Below are positions 31,134-40,206 of a stretch of 64,000 bases of DNA, piece by piece (positions within the stretch are counted from its first letter, which is position 1; the number at the start of each line of letters is the position of its first letter). Source of the stretch: an uncultured Micavibrio sp. (GTDB taxonomy: Bacteria; Pseudomonadota; Alphaproteobacteria; Micavibrionales; UBA2020); the NCBI GenBank assembly GCA_964575605.1, contig CAZNRN010000008.1, positions 47,918-111,917 of the forward strand, in the 5' to 3' direction. The position numbers and the translations under genes are program-made. Below the pieces are notes generated by a model that did not search any database, was not told where the DNA came from, and saw nothing but the letters and a program-made list of their open reading frames with translations.

Positions 31134-32624
31134 TTACCCTGCCGCGCGCGCCTTTTTGCGTTCCTTTGAAAAATGGTCGCCTTCGGCAATCGCCGTCGGG
31201 TACTTGTTGTTGACGCAGGCCATGCAGAGCTTGCTGACGCCGATGGCCTGGCGCAAATCTTCTTCGTCGAGGTAGATGACCTTTTTGACGCCGATCATTT
31301 CGGCCAGGTCTTCCGCCGTCTTGTCATGCGCCACCAGGTCTTTCGCATCGGGGAAATCGATGCCGTAGAAACAGGGGTGGCGGATGGGCGGGCATGTGAT
31401 GCCGAGCGTCACTTCTTTCGCGCCGTGTTTTTTCAGCAGCGAGACGATGTGTTTCGACGTCGTGCCGCGCACGATGGAATCGTCAATCAGGAAGATATTC
31501 TTGCCAGCGATTTCGCCGGCGACGGGGCTCAGCTTCAGCTCCACCGCGTGCTCGCGCTTGTGCTGGCTGTTCAGGATAAAGCTGCGCGCCACGTAACGGT
31601 TTTTGATAAGCCCTTCGCGGTACGGCAGCTTGAGCGCATCGGCGACAGATATTGCCGAAGGCCGGCTGGTATCCGGCACCGGCATCACGACATCGGGCGA
31701 AATCTCGCCGGATTTGATGGCGGCGGCGGCGCGCTGGCCGAGGCGCTCGCCCAGTTTCAGGCGCACGCCGTAAACGGGGTGATGGTCGATCGAGCTTTCG
31801 GCGCCCGAGAAGTAAACCCATTCGAACATGCAATGGGCTTTTTCTTCCTTGCGCACCACGGCGCTTTGCAGCTGTCCCTTGGTGTCGATAAAGATAACCT
31901 CGCCGGGCTCGACATCGCGCAGGTATTGGTAGCCAAGGTAGGTCATGGCGATGGTTTCGGAGGCGAAGCACCAGGTTTTAACGCCGTTTTCTTCCTTCAC
32001 GCCCAGCGCCATGGGGCGGATGCCCTTGGGGTCGCGGAAGGCGACCATGCCCTGCCCAGCGATCAGGCCCAGCACGGCGTAGCCGCCGATGACGGTATCG
32101 AACATCTTCGACGCCGCCTGTTTTATATTGTCGAAGCTGAATGTTTTAGCCGAGGGCAGCGCCTCGCCGTCCATCAGGAAGTGGCCGAAGTAGTGGATCA
32201 GCGCTTCCAGGTCGTTTGCGGTCAGCAGCTGGTGGTGGAAACGCTCGGACAATTCCTGCTTGAGGCTGTAATAGTTGAGCGCATTGCCGTTATGCACCAT
32301 GCCTAGGCCGAAGGGGATGCCCTCCACCATCGGCTGGATGTCGCGGGTGCCGTCGCCGCCGGCCGTGGCATAGCGCGTATGCCCTATCGCCATGTAACCG
32401 CCCAGCTTTTCGACTTTTTCGCGGGTGAAGACATTGGCGACGAGGCCGAGGTCTTTTTCCATAGCGAACATGCGCGTGACGTTGTCATATGTCAGGATAC
32501 CCGCAGCGTCCTGCCCGCGGTGCTGAAGCGCCAGCAGGCCGCGGAACGCCTCGTAGGCGGCGGAATAGGACACTCCTCGACTCCCGTTTTCTTCAGGGCC
32601 GATAATGCCAATAATTCCGCACAT
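31134..32624 (-). CDS. purF: amidophosphoribosyltransferase
   Basis: N-terminal MCGIIGI (Ntn Cys), LQHRGQDAAG and PRTase loop LIDDSIVRGTT. Confidence 0.93.
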   Translation of the reverse strand: MCGIIGIIGPEENGSRGVSYSAAYEAFRGLLALQHRGQDAAGILTYDNVTRMFAMEKDLGLVANVFTREKVEKLGGYMAIGHTRYATAGGDGTRDIQPMVEGIPFGLGMVHNGNALNYYSLKQELSERFHHQLLTANDLEALIHYFGHFLMDGEALPSAKTFSFDNIKQAASKMFDTVIGGYAVLGLIAGQGMVAFRDPKGIRPMALGVKEENGVKTWCFASETIAMTYLGYQYLRDVEPGEVIFIDTKGQLQSAVVRKEEKAHCMFEWVYFSGAESSIDHHPVYGVRLKLGERLGQRAAAAIKSGEISPDVVMPVPDTSRPSAISVADALKLPYREGLIKNRYVARSFILNSQHKREHAVELKLSPVAGEIAGKNIFLIDDSIVRGTTSKHIVSLLKKHGAKEVTLGITCPPIRHPCFYGIDFPDAKDLVAHDKTAEDLAEMIGVKKVIYLDEEDLRQAIGVSKLCMACVNNKYPTAIAEGDHFSKERKKARAAG

Positions 32625-32763
32625 TTAGCGATTACCCGTGAATCAGATGATGGCTGATTGGTGAGCAGACTATACGAGGATTCCTGCAAGATATGCCAGC
32701 GAATTCTGATCTTATTGCGAAAGCCTGCGCCCGCGTTTTCGGAAATTTAAACGCGCCTGTTCA

Positions 32764-33411
32764 ATGCGCGGCGAAACAGGCATGATTACAAAAGAAAAAA
32801 TCACGGCAGGGAAAATCACCGACATGGCAACCGATATCACCAAAGATCCGCGCGTCTCCTCCATCGTCAACCGCGTCAAAAATATCCTGCTGACGCCCCA
32901 GACGGAATGGGACAAGATCGAGGGCGAAAGCACGACCATCCAGAAACTGTTCACCGGCTATGTGCTGATACTGGCGGTTATCCCGGCTGTTTTCACGTTC
33001 CTGTACCTGGTTTTGTTCGCCCCCAGCGTTGCCATCGGCACCGTCACGATCGGCCTGTCGATCGGCACCAAAATCGGCATCACGCTGCTGTCGTATGTGC
33101 AGAGCCTTTTGCTGGTGGCCGTGCTGGGCCTGATCTCGGAAAACCTCGCGCCCCAATTCGGCGGCAAGCAGGACCGCCTGCAGGCGTTCAAGCTGGCGGC
33201 CTATTCGCTGACAGCGTCATGGGTGGCTGGCGTGCTTTCGCTGCTGTCGCCTATCCTGGCGATGGTGGTGGGCCTTTATTCCTACTACCTTTTCTACCTC
33301 GGCTGCCAGAAGCTGCTGAAAGTTTCGAAGGACAAGGCCATCGTCTTTACGGCGATCGTCGCCGTCGTCGCCCTGATCGTGATGGGCGTCGTCATGGCGA
33401 TTGCGCGTTAA
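32764..33411 (+). CDS. Yip1-domain membrane protein
   Basis: ILLTPQTEWDKIEGE followed by about 5 TM helices is a typical bacterial YIP1 layout. The start may be MITKEK (32782). Confidence 0.7.
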   Translation: MRGETGMITKEKITAGKITDMATDITKDPRVSSIVNRVKNILLTPQTEWDKIEGESTTIQKLFTGYVLILAVIPAVFTFLYLVLFAPSVAIGTVTIGLSIGTKIGITLLSYVQSLLLVAVLGLISENLAPQFGGKQDRLQAFKLAAYSLTASWVAGVLSLLSPILAMVVGLYSYYLFYLGCQKLLKVSKDKAIVFTAIVAVVALIVMGVVMAIAR

Positions 33412-36400
33412 TCAGCGCGCGACTGACGGCTTTTTCTGCGCATTGAGGTTCGCGGCCTTGCGGCGGTATTCCGCCGCGGTGTCGAATATCTCCGACATTT
33501 TCGTGGGCTTGGCGAAGACGGCGAAGCCGTTCTGCTTGATATAGTTATACAGCGTGCCCACCTTCATCTTGCGGCCGTCGGTCGCCTTGGGCGTCCACAT
33601 CTGGTAGCCCAGCGCCTGCGCGAATTCCTCGTCGATGAGGGCGCGCGACATCAAGGACTGCGCCGTGTGTCCGCCGGTCAGCTTTTCGAATGACGTGCCG
33701 TCGCGTTTTGCCATCTGGTCGAGGCAGTAAACCGCCAGCTGCGCCAGTTCCGGCTTATGGAAGGCGCCGATATTGGGCGTGCGCAAGCTTGATTGGTGGT
33801 CGATGTTCTTGCCATAGGTCGCGCAGACCGGGCTGCCGTGCACCTTGAACTGGGCATGCGACCATTTTTCGTACGAGAGGCGCACACGGTCGTGCAGCGT
33901 TTCGATATCGTCGCTGGCGAAGTTCTTGTCCGCGCCGCATTTCTGGAAGACCTCGATCGGGTTGTTCTTGCGGTCGTCCTGCGCCGAGGGGCGGTCGTAA
34001 AGCATGAAGTGCGAGATGATATCCATCTGGCGGAAGGTGCGGCCCAGCTGGTCTTCGTCGAACTGCGTGACCTTGCCGTCGGCACTCTTCGGCTGCAATT
34101 CGGCGGAGGGGCGGTTTTTCAGCACCCAGAAGAAAGGCTGCACCGGGGCGACGCCGCCCTCGAGGCCGTACTGGAACAGCATCTGCATGTGGTCGAGCTC
34201 GCGCTGTTTATCCTTGTGCGCGTTGCCGGCGATCATGCCGCCGTGCAGGTCGCCGCCCCAGGTGGCGTAACTGTTGCGCCCTTCGTCGAGGTTGGGGTTC
34301 GAAATGGCGATTTTGTTCTCGACGTTCGAGAACAGCATGATCAGCACCTGGCGCAGGCGCGCCTGGATGTTTTCATAGGCAATCGAATGCTCGTCCTTCG
34401 CGGTCGACAGCACGTCGCCCGCGACTTCTTCAAACGTCGATTTCAACACGTGGATGCGGCGGTCGAGTTCTTCGGGCGTCGTGTCGTCCTTGCGCGTGCG
34501 CAGGATGCCCGCGATTTCCTTGCGGATTTCCGCGTCGCGTTCGTCCGAAATCTGCCCCGGGTTCACGCCCGAGAAAATTTCGGCATAGACTTCGACAAGG
34601 CGCTGCACGTTGCGGTATTCGAAGACGCCGCCGATGCCTTTATAAGCCTTGCCATCCGGCGTCACGCCGCCTTCGATAAGGGTTTTAGCGGCGCGGAGTG
34701 TATCATCGGACGAGTTATCGGTGCCCATGTAGACGCAGGTCAGCATCTTGTCCATACAGGCGTCAATCGCAGCCTCTTTCCCGCCGCTCGCATTCGCGGC
34801 GAGGATGTCCTTTTTGTATTTCAGATGACCCATCGCCTCGACGAAGCCCTCGACGCCCAGTTCGTTCATGCCGAGTTCGACCATGAAGCGCACCTTGGCG
34901 GCGTTATAGGCGGAGTCAGCGCCCCCTGATAGCGCCTGCGTCACGCCCTGTATCTTGTTCTTGCGCATATAGTCGAAGAGCCAGAGCGTTTCGTTGCGCA
35001 TCTCCTCTTCCATCTCGCGGCGGGGGCCGTGTTCCCAGGGGGCGGGGCCGTCCTGCACGGGGGCGGTATGTTTATCGGCGAAGCTATGCTCGATGGTCAC
35101 ATGCGGCGCATGGCCCTTGTCGACCGGAGGTGTCACGGTCACGGTCTGGCTGGTATAGGCCATATCCTTAAAGCTCGCGCGCACGCCTTCGGAAATGATT
35201 TTCCCGTCCTGCGCCATCAGGCGGGAGCCGAATTGCGCGAACGTCGAACCACTGCTGCCCAGGCCGTCGGTATGCACGATAACGTCACAATGGCGCGTCG
35301 CCAGTTCGCACAGCTCATAGTGCTTGTCGATTTTATTGGCCGCGGGCGGGCTGGCGTTGGGGTTGATCATGACGGTGATGTCGAAATTCTTTGCCTTTTG
35401 CGCCAGCGGGTTGTCGCGGTCGTAGTTGCTGTTGTCGGGTGCGCCGTCATAGTGCGAGCCGATCCAGTACATTTCGCAAATAATTTGGACAATGTTCGCC
35501 ACACGGCCGTTTTTTCCGCGCAATTGCGTCACGGGGGAGCCGAAGGGGATGGTTTTGGCGGGCACGGTGGTGCCGTCGTCATACGACATGCCCGGCAGTT
35601 CGATCATGATAGTGCCGTCGCGGCCCTTGCCGAACTTGTTCTCGTATTCGTTGGCTTCCTTGTCGTTCCATTCCTCGAAATGGCGTTTTTCGTAGCCCCT
35701 TTCGTAGTTGAACAGGTAGCTTTTGCACGACATCGAAACGACGTCGCCGCCCGAGAGCAGCGTCTGCACGTTGAACTGGTTATTGGTGCGGTTGAAAATA
35801 GCGTTCTTGCGGCGGTCCAGCTGGTCGGGCAGGTCTTTATCCGCGAAATACCACGGGTGGCCGACAGAAATGACGAGGTTCGGGTCTTTGGACGCCGCGT
35901 AATCCGCGATGATCTGCAGCATCTGGCGCGTCTTGGCGTTGTCGGAATAATAGAATTCGTCGCCGCGTTCATAGGCCGACAGTCCCAGTTCCTCGAGGCA
36001 CAGCAGGTCCGCGCCGTCTTCCACGGCTTTATCAATCGCCTTGCAGATATTGGCAAGGTTGCGGGGCCAGTCGCCGCCGGTCTGGTTGCAGCTAGCCGAG
36101 GCGATTTTCATTTCGAATGGAGTGGACATAGCCTGTTCCTTCTTTGTGTAATTCTCTTTCACCAGCGCGGCCGCAGCCTCGCCCAGCTTTTTGATGTCGT
36201 TAGAGCCCGCCGCCGCCAGCACATCGGCCGTCGAAATGCCGGCCTCAAGGCGCAGGCGGTCGAGGCTGAGGTCGAAAACGGTCAGGGGGATGTTGTTTTT
36301 TTCCAGCAGCGCCTTGTCGGGGTTCGCATCGCGCGCGGCTTTCGCCAATTCGACAATATAATCCGGCGCGGCCATCAGCGATTTTTGCGTATCGGTGAGT

Positions 36401-36948
36401 TTCGCAAGATCGAAGCCGCGGATTTGCGTCGCGTTCACCTCGTCATCGGCCGGGTTCTGGTTGCGGGATTCCCATGCGCCGATGCCGCGGGCGGTGAAGC
36501 CGTCGGCATACTGGCTGAGCGGGCGTATCGCGCCGCCTGCGTCTTTGGCATCCGCCGCCTTGATGCGGTAATGCACGGCGGCTTTGCCCGCAAAGGGGGT
36601 TTTTTGCAGCTGGTTGTAAAAACCGTTCAGCCAGCGCTGCTGGTTGCCGACATCGGGCAGCGTCATGACCAGCGCGTCGTCATACAGTTCCGGCACCGCG
36701 CGCTTCAGCTGTTCTTTTTGCTGTTCCAGCGTCAGCGGGTTTTTGACGGGGTCGAAGAACGCGCTGTCGGAGCCGTTGGTCGAGCCGATGAAGAAGACAG
36801 GCTTCAGGCCTGTCGCCGCAATCTCGCGCAGGCAGTCGGCATGGACACGGTGCATGGGCGCGCGGCGGCCGATGGAAATCGCGTATTCGACGCCGCCGGC
36901 TTTCAAAGCCGTCTTTACCTCGTCGCCATGTCCGCGATATATGCTCAT
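33412..36948 (-). CDS. nadE: triple fusion: NMNAT-like nucleotidyltransferase + CN-hydrolase glutaminase + NAD synthetase (NadE)
   Basis: 1178 aa. Residues ~22-110 read ISIGRRAPMHRVHADCL...FFIGSTNGSDSAFFDPVKNPLTLEQQ, which is like the NadM/cytidylyltransferase pattern IGRFQPxHxGH...IGS...NPFT. A canonical NadE would start at M274 (MSTPFEMKIASASCNQTGGDW). The PP-loop is ALSGGADS. Confidence 0.8.
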   Translation of the reverse strand: MSIYRGHGDEVKTALKAGGVEYAISIGRRAPMHRVHADCLREIAATGLKPVFFIGSTNGSDSAFFDPVKNPLTLEQQKEQLKRAVPELYDDALVMTLPDVGNQQRWLNGFYNQLQKTPFAGKAAVHYRIKAADAKDAGGAIRPLSQYADGFTARGIGAWESRNQNPADDEVNATQIRGFDLAKLTDTQKSLMAAPDYIVELAKAARDANPDKALLEKNNIPLTVFDLSLDRLRLEAGISTADVLAAAGSNDIKKLGEAAAALVKENYTKKEQAMSTPFEMKIASASCNQTGGDWPRNLANICKAIDKAVEDGADLLCLEELGLSAYERGDEFYYSDNAKTRQMLQIIADYAASKDPNLVISVGHPWYFADKDLPDQLDRRKNAIFNRTNNQFNVQTLLSGGDVVSMSCKSYLFNYERGYEKRHFEEWNDKEANEYENKFGKGRDGTIMIELPGMSYDDGTTVPAKTIPFGSPVTQLRGKNGRVANIVQIICEMYWIGSHYDGAPDNSNYDRDNPLAQKAKNFDITVMINPNASPPAANKIDKHYELCELATRHCDVIVHTDGLGSSGSTFAQFGSRLMAQDGKIISEGVRASFKDMAYTSQTVTVTPPVDKGHAPHVTIEHSFADKHTAPVQDGPAPWEHGPRREMEEEMRNETLWLFDYMRKNKIQGVTQALSGGADSAYNAAKVRFMVELGMNELGVEGFVEAMGHLKYKKDILAANASGGKEAAIDACMDKMLTCVYMGTDNSSDDTLRAAKTLIEGGVTPDGKAYKGIGGVFEYRNVQRLVEVYAEIFSGVNPGQISDERDAEIRKEIAGILRTRKDDTTPEELDRRIHVLKSTFEEVAGDVLSTAKDEHSIAYENIQARLRQVLIMLFSNVENKIAISNPNLDEGRNSYATWGGDLHGGMIAGNAHKDKQRELDHMQMLFQYGLEGGVAPVQPFFWVLKNRPSAELQPKSADGKVTQFDEDQLGRTFRQMDIISHFMLYDRPSAQDDRKNNPIEVFQKCGADKNFASDDIETLHDRVRLSYEKWSHAQFKVHGSPVCATYGKNIDHQSSLRTPNIGAFHKPELAQLAVYCLDQMAKRDGTSFEKLTGGHTAQSLMSRALIDEEFAQALGYQMWTPKATDGRKMKVGTLYNYIKQNGFAVFAKPTKMSEIFDTAAEYRRKAANLNAQKKPSVAR

Positions 36949-36956
36949 GCAGCCTT

Positions 36957-38141
36957 TTAAGGATTGAATTTACGCGTGATTGAAGATTGCGGCTTTCCCG
37001 CGTCGGCGGTAATCGCCAGTATCCCTTCGACCGTGGCCGTACCGACGTGGCGCGATTTTGCAAGGCGCTCGGGCGTGCCGTCGAGGCTGAAAGGGGTTTC
37101 CGCGCCGCCCGGGATGGGGATGCCGCGGCAGATTTCGGGGACGAGGTTGGTTTCAACCTCCATCCCGCGCATCTTGAAGTGGCCTGCCAGAAAATCGACC
37201 ACGTTGTTGGCCGAGAATTCTACGCAGAAGTTGGTGGCGAGGCCGCCGATGTTGATCTGGACATTCTCGCAGCCCTGTTTTTTCAGCGCGCGGGCGATCT
37301 GCTTGAACACGTCCCAGGCCGCCGTCATGCTGTCACCGTCGTTTTCGACGCCGATGCCGTAGCTGTCAACTTCGGAATCCGCGCCTTTGCGGATGACGTA
37401 GTATTCATTGCCGGTCGCTTCGTCCTTGTGATAGACGGTCGGGCTCATCAGGTCGTCGTTGAGCTTCGATTGCAGCCCCTGCGGCAGTTTCATGTCGGCG
37501 GGATAGAGCGCACTGTCGGTGCCCTGAACGCAATGTTTCGTCCAGAGCGTCTGGGTCGACAGCTCCGCGCCGTTCGCGCGCATGTCGTCGAAGGTTTCGG
37601 GCAGGTATTCGTCCAGCACCTTTTTGACGCGGTAGGAATTTTTCGACGACGACTGGAACGTCGCCTCGCTCGACAGCTCGACCTTGCGGATCCGGCCGTC
37701 TTCTTCCTTCACGCCGATGATCTTGCGGTCTTCGTCCAGCACAATCTCTTCAAAAGGAAACGCCGCGGGCGGGTTTTCCATGCCATTGAAGAAATGCACG
37801 GGCTGCTGCGCGCGCTGTTTCAATTCTTCGCCGTCCACGTCCGGCTGGCCGTTGGCGGCCAGGAACTTGCGGAATTTTTCCATGCGGTATTCCATCACGC
37901 CCGGATGGTTGACCATGAAGCTGATGTGGTTGGCGGGGTGGTAATCCTGCCCGAGGATGAAAACCGTGTTGCGGCCCTTCTCGATCATTTTGCCCATGAT
38001 AGGCGTTACCTGTTCGCCGCCGGGGACATACAAAACGCCGCCCTGCGCTTCGGTCAGCGTGAAGTCGAGGAAGCCGCGTTCGGGGTCGATGAAGATATTG
38101 ATGACGGCGGTTTTCTTGCCGTTTAACTGATGCAGCGCCAT
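36957..38141 (-). CDS. pncA: nicotinamidase (isochorismatase family) with a large insertion
   Basis: IFIDPERGF, QDYHPANH, LWTKHCVQGTDSA, RKGADSEVDSYG and GLATNFCV match PncA catalytic and metal motifs. The start was moved to MALHQL (complement of 38139-38141), preceded by GGGAGG and lying 1 nt after the pncB stop. Confidence 0.8.
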   Translation of the reverse strand: MALHQLNGKKTAVINIFIDPERGFLDFTLTEAQGGVLYVPGGEQVTPIMGKMIEKGRNTVFILGQDYHPANHISFMVNHPGVMEYRMEKFRKFLAANGQPDVDGEELKQRAQQPVHFFNGMENPPAAFPFEEIVLDEDRKIIGVKEEDGRIRKVELSSEATFQSSSKNSYRVKKVLDEYLPETFDDMRANGAELSTQTLWTKHCVQGTDSALYPADMKLPQGLQSKLNDDLMSPTVYHKDEATGNEYYVIRKGADSEVDSYGIGVENDGDSMTAAWDVFKQIARALKKQGCENVQINIGGLATNFCVEFSANNVVDFLAGHFKMRGMEVETNLVPEICRGIPIPGGAETPFSLDGTPERLAKSRHVGTATVEGILAITADAGKPQSSITRKFNP

Positions 38142-38142
38142 G

Positions 38143-40071
38143 TTACATGCCTCCCGCTTTGGGCAGCTGGGTATTGCCGCCCTCGAAGCGTTCTTTGTAG
38201 GATTCAACCCCCTGCCCGCCCGTGGCGTGACCGAGGTGTTTTTGTTCGCAGGCCGCGCGCTGGTCGAAGAGCTTGCGGTCGAGGTAGACGGGGATGTGCG
38301 CCTGCTCGGGCGGCAGCGACGCGTTCATCGCGGCGATATCGATATTGAGGTTTTTATCGCCCGATTTAAATGCGGCGTTAAAGGCCGCGACCAGTTTTTC
38401 CTTGAGCACTTCAGCGCGCGGGCGGCGCACCCTGCGCACGTTTTCGGGCAGGGTGTTCAGGCCGTCCTTGATACGTTTTTCCAGCACGGAAAGGTCGGTC
38501 GTGAATTTGCCGCTGCCGGGATGTGTTTCTTTCTGCGGCAGGTCGGACATCACATATTTGCCGTCTTCGTCGAAGACGGGAATCAGGCTGTCTTTTGCAA
38601 CCAGTTTACCGTCGTTCGTTTTAACGTCCTTGAAGTTGCGCAGGTTGACCATCTCGCCTTTCGGGTCGAGGCCGAGGGTTTCGTCGTAAATCACGACATG
38701 CGAGAGTTTACCGTCTTCGGTGTAGAAGCGGCGCGAGTTGATCACGCCGGGGTTCGACGATTTCACGGGCGCGTTCGACGCGACCTTCATCACCGGCGTC
38801 ATGTTGTCCTGCTTCGGTTCTTCGCCCTGCTCCAGCACATCCATATAAACGTTGGATGCCTTGTAGACGAGGCCGAGAGGCGCCACGTGGGAGCCCGCGG
38901 TGCCGATCCCCCAGCTGCGGAAGAAGGCGCCTTTCGCGCGCATTTCCTGCGCCGTGTGTTCGTCGATGCCGTCGGCGGCCGAGCAGAAGACGGTGCATTT
39001 ATCGGAGACTTTCAGCAGCTCCGCGTCGCTCATCCTATCGGCCTGCTCGCGCGTAACGCCGGGGATAAAGCCTTCCTCGGCAAAGCGTCGCAGCGCTATT
39101 TTCGAATATTCGACGATATCGCCGCTGTCGAAACGTACGCCGTAACCCGCGCCCAGCCCCAGCGCGCGAAGTTCCTTGATGACCGTGATTGCGTTTTCAA
39201 GGCCTTTCATGGGGTCGTAGGTATCGACCAGCAAAATGCCGCTTTCGGGGTGCGCGAAGGCGAAGCTGCGGAAGGCGTCTTCCTTCAGCGCCCAGCGCAA
39301 TTCGCGGATCTTGCCTTCGTCGTTCATCTTGAACATTTCGGCCAGCGTCACACCCGCGATTTCATGCCCGTGCGTCATCACCCAGGCATGGTCCATCGTG
39401 CCGGCAAAGGGCTGCGCGAAGTTTTTCGCGGCCGTGCCGGTCGAGCTTGATTTATAACCGCCGGCGCCAAGAGAGCGCGACGATTCAAGCATCGCGCCCA
39501 GGCCCGGGCCGCGGCGCATGCCCTGCGCGCTGGCGGCGCCCGTGGGGGAGCCGTTGTCGAGTTCTTCCTCGACCGCGTCGCACTGACGCGCGCCCTGCGT
39601 CATGTAGCCGCTGTGGCCGTTCATCAGGCCGAGCGCCACGGATTCCAGCATCTTCACCTGCGCGATCGGGCCCGACACGCGCAGCACGGGTTCCTGCGGG
39701 AAGAAGACGCCGCCCTCGGGCTGCGCCTCGATCTTCAGCTTGAATTCCATTTCGGAAAGGTACTGGATAAACGCCTCGGCAAAGACCGGCTTGCCGGAGG
39801 GGCGTTTTTGCGAACGCAGGAAGTTCAGGTCGTCTTCGGTAAAGCCGTGTTCCTGCCAGCGCTTGACGATATCGATGAGGCCTTCGAGGCCGCCCGCGAT
39901 GCTGTAGCCGCCGCCTAAAGCTTCCTTGCGGCCGAACATATAAAAGGTGGCGGGGTTGTCGGCGCGGCCTTCGAGCCAGTAGCCGTAGGCCGTCGTGAAA
40001 TGGTATTTGTCCGTCAAAAGCGGGGTCGTCTGATCGACATCATATGTATCAGCTATAAAACCCATCTGCAC
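38143..40071 (-). CDS. pncB: nicotinate phosphoribosyltransferase (long form)
   Basis: PLLTDKYHFTTAYGYW...ATFYMFGRK...AGGLEGLIDIV...FTEDDLNFL and GTMDHAWVM match NAPRT-type motifs. At 642 aa it is clearly longer than the ~400-490 aa typical of PncB. Confidence 0.8.
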   Translation of the reverse strand: MQMGFIADTYDVDQTTPLLTDKYHFTTAYGYWLEGRADNPATFYMFGRKEALGGGYSIAGGLEGLIDIVKRWQEHGFTEDDLNFLRSQKRPSGKPVFAEAFIQYLSEMEFKLKIEAQPEGGVFFPQEPVLRVSGPIAQVKMLESVALGLMNGHSGYMTQGARQCDAVEEELDNGSPTGAASAQGMRRGPGLGAMLESSRSLGAGGYKSSSTGTAAKNFAQPFAGTMDHAWVMTHGHEIAGVTLAEMFKMNDEGKIRELRWALKEDAFRSFAFAHPESGILLVDTYDPMKGLENAITVIKELRALGLGAGYGVRFDSGDIVEYSKIALRRFAEEGFIPGVTREQADRMSDAELLKVSDKCTVFCSAADGIDEHTAQEMRAKGAFFRSWGIGTAGSHVAPLGLVYKASNVYMDVLEQGEEPKQDNMTPVMKVASNAPVKSSNPGVINSRRFYTEDGKLSHVVIYDETLGLDPKGEMVNLRNFKDVKTNDGKLVAKDSLIPVFDEDGKYVMSDLPQKETHPGSGKFTTDLSVLEKRIKDGLNTLPENVRRVRRPRAEVLKEKLVAAFNAAFKSGDKNLNIDIAAMNASLPPEQAHIPVYLDRKLFDQRAACEQKHLGHATGGQGVESYKERFEGGNTQLPKAGGM

Positions 40072-40206
40072 ACCACTCTTTTTTAATTAAATCAGGTAGT
40101 TACTTCTTTTTCGGTGACTCTATATGATTTTCATAACCAAGTCAATCTGATTATGGTATATTGCCAGCCGAGAGTGATTCACCCCGCTATATAATAGGCT
40201 TACATA

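Noticed and set aside
32685-32698. Sigma54-like TGGCAT-N-TTGCA element upstream of purF (minus strand)
   Set aside because: The GG-to-GC spacing is 10 nt rather than the required 12, so it does not fit the -24/-12 geometry.
32625-32763. Possible ZTP or purine riboswitch in the purF leader
   Set aside because: I read the minus-strand leader and found two small hairpins. I found neither the pfl/ZTP conserved blocks (GACUGGCG ... CCGCCUGGGC) nor purine-riboswitch junction motifs.
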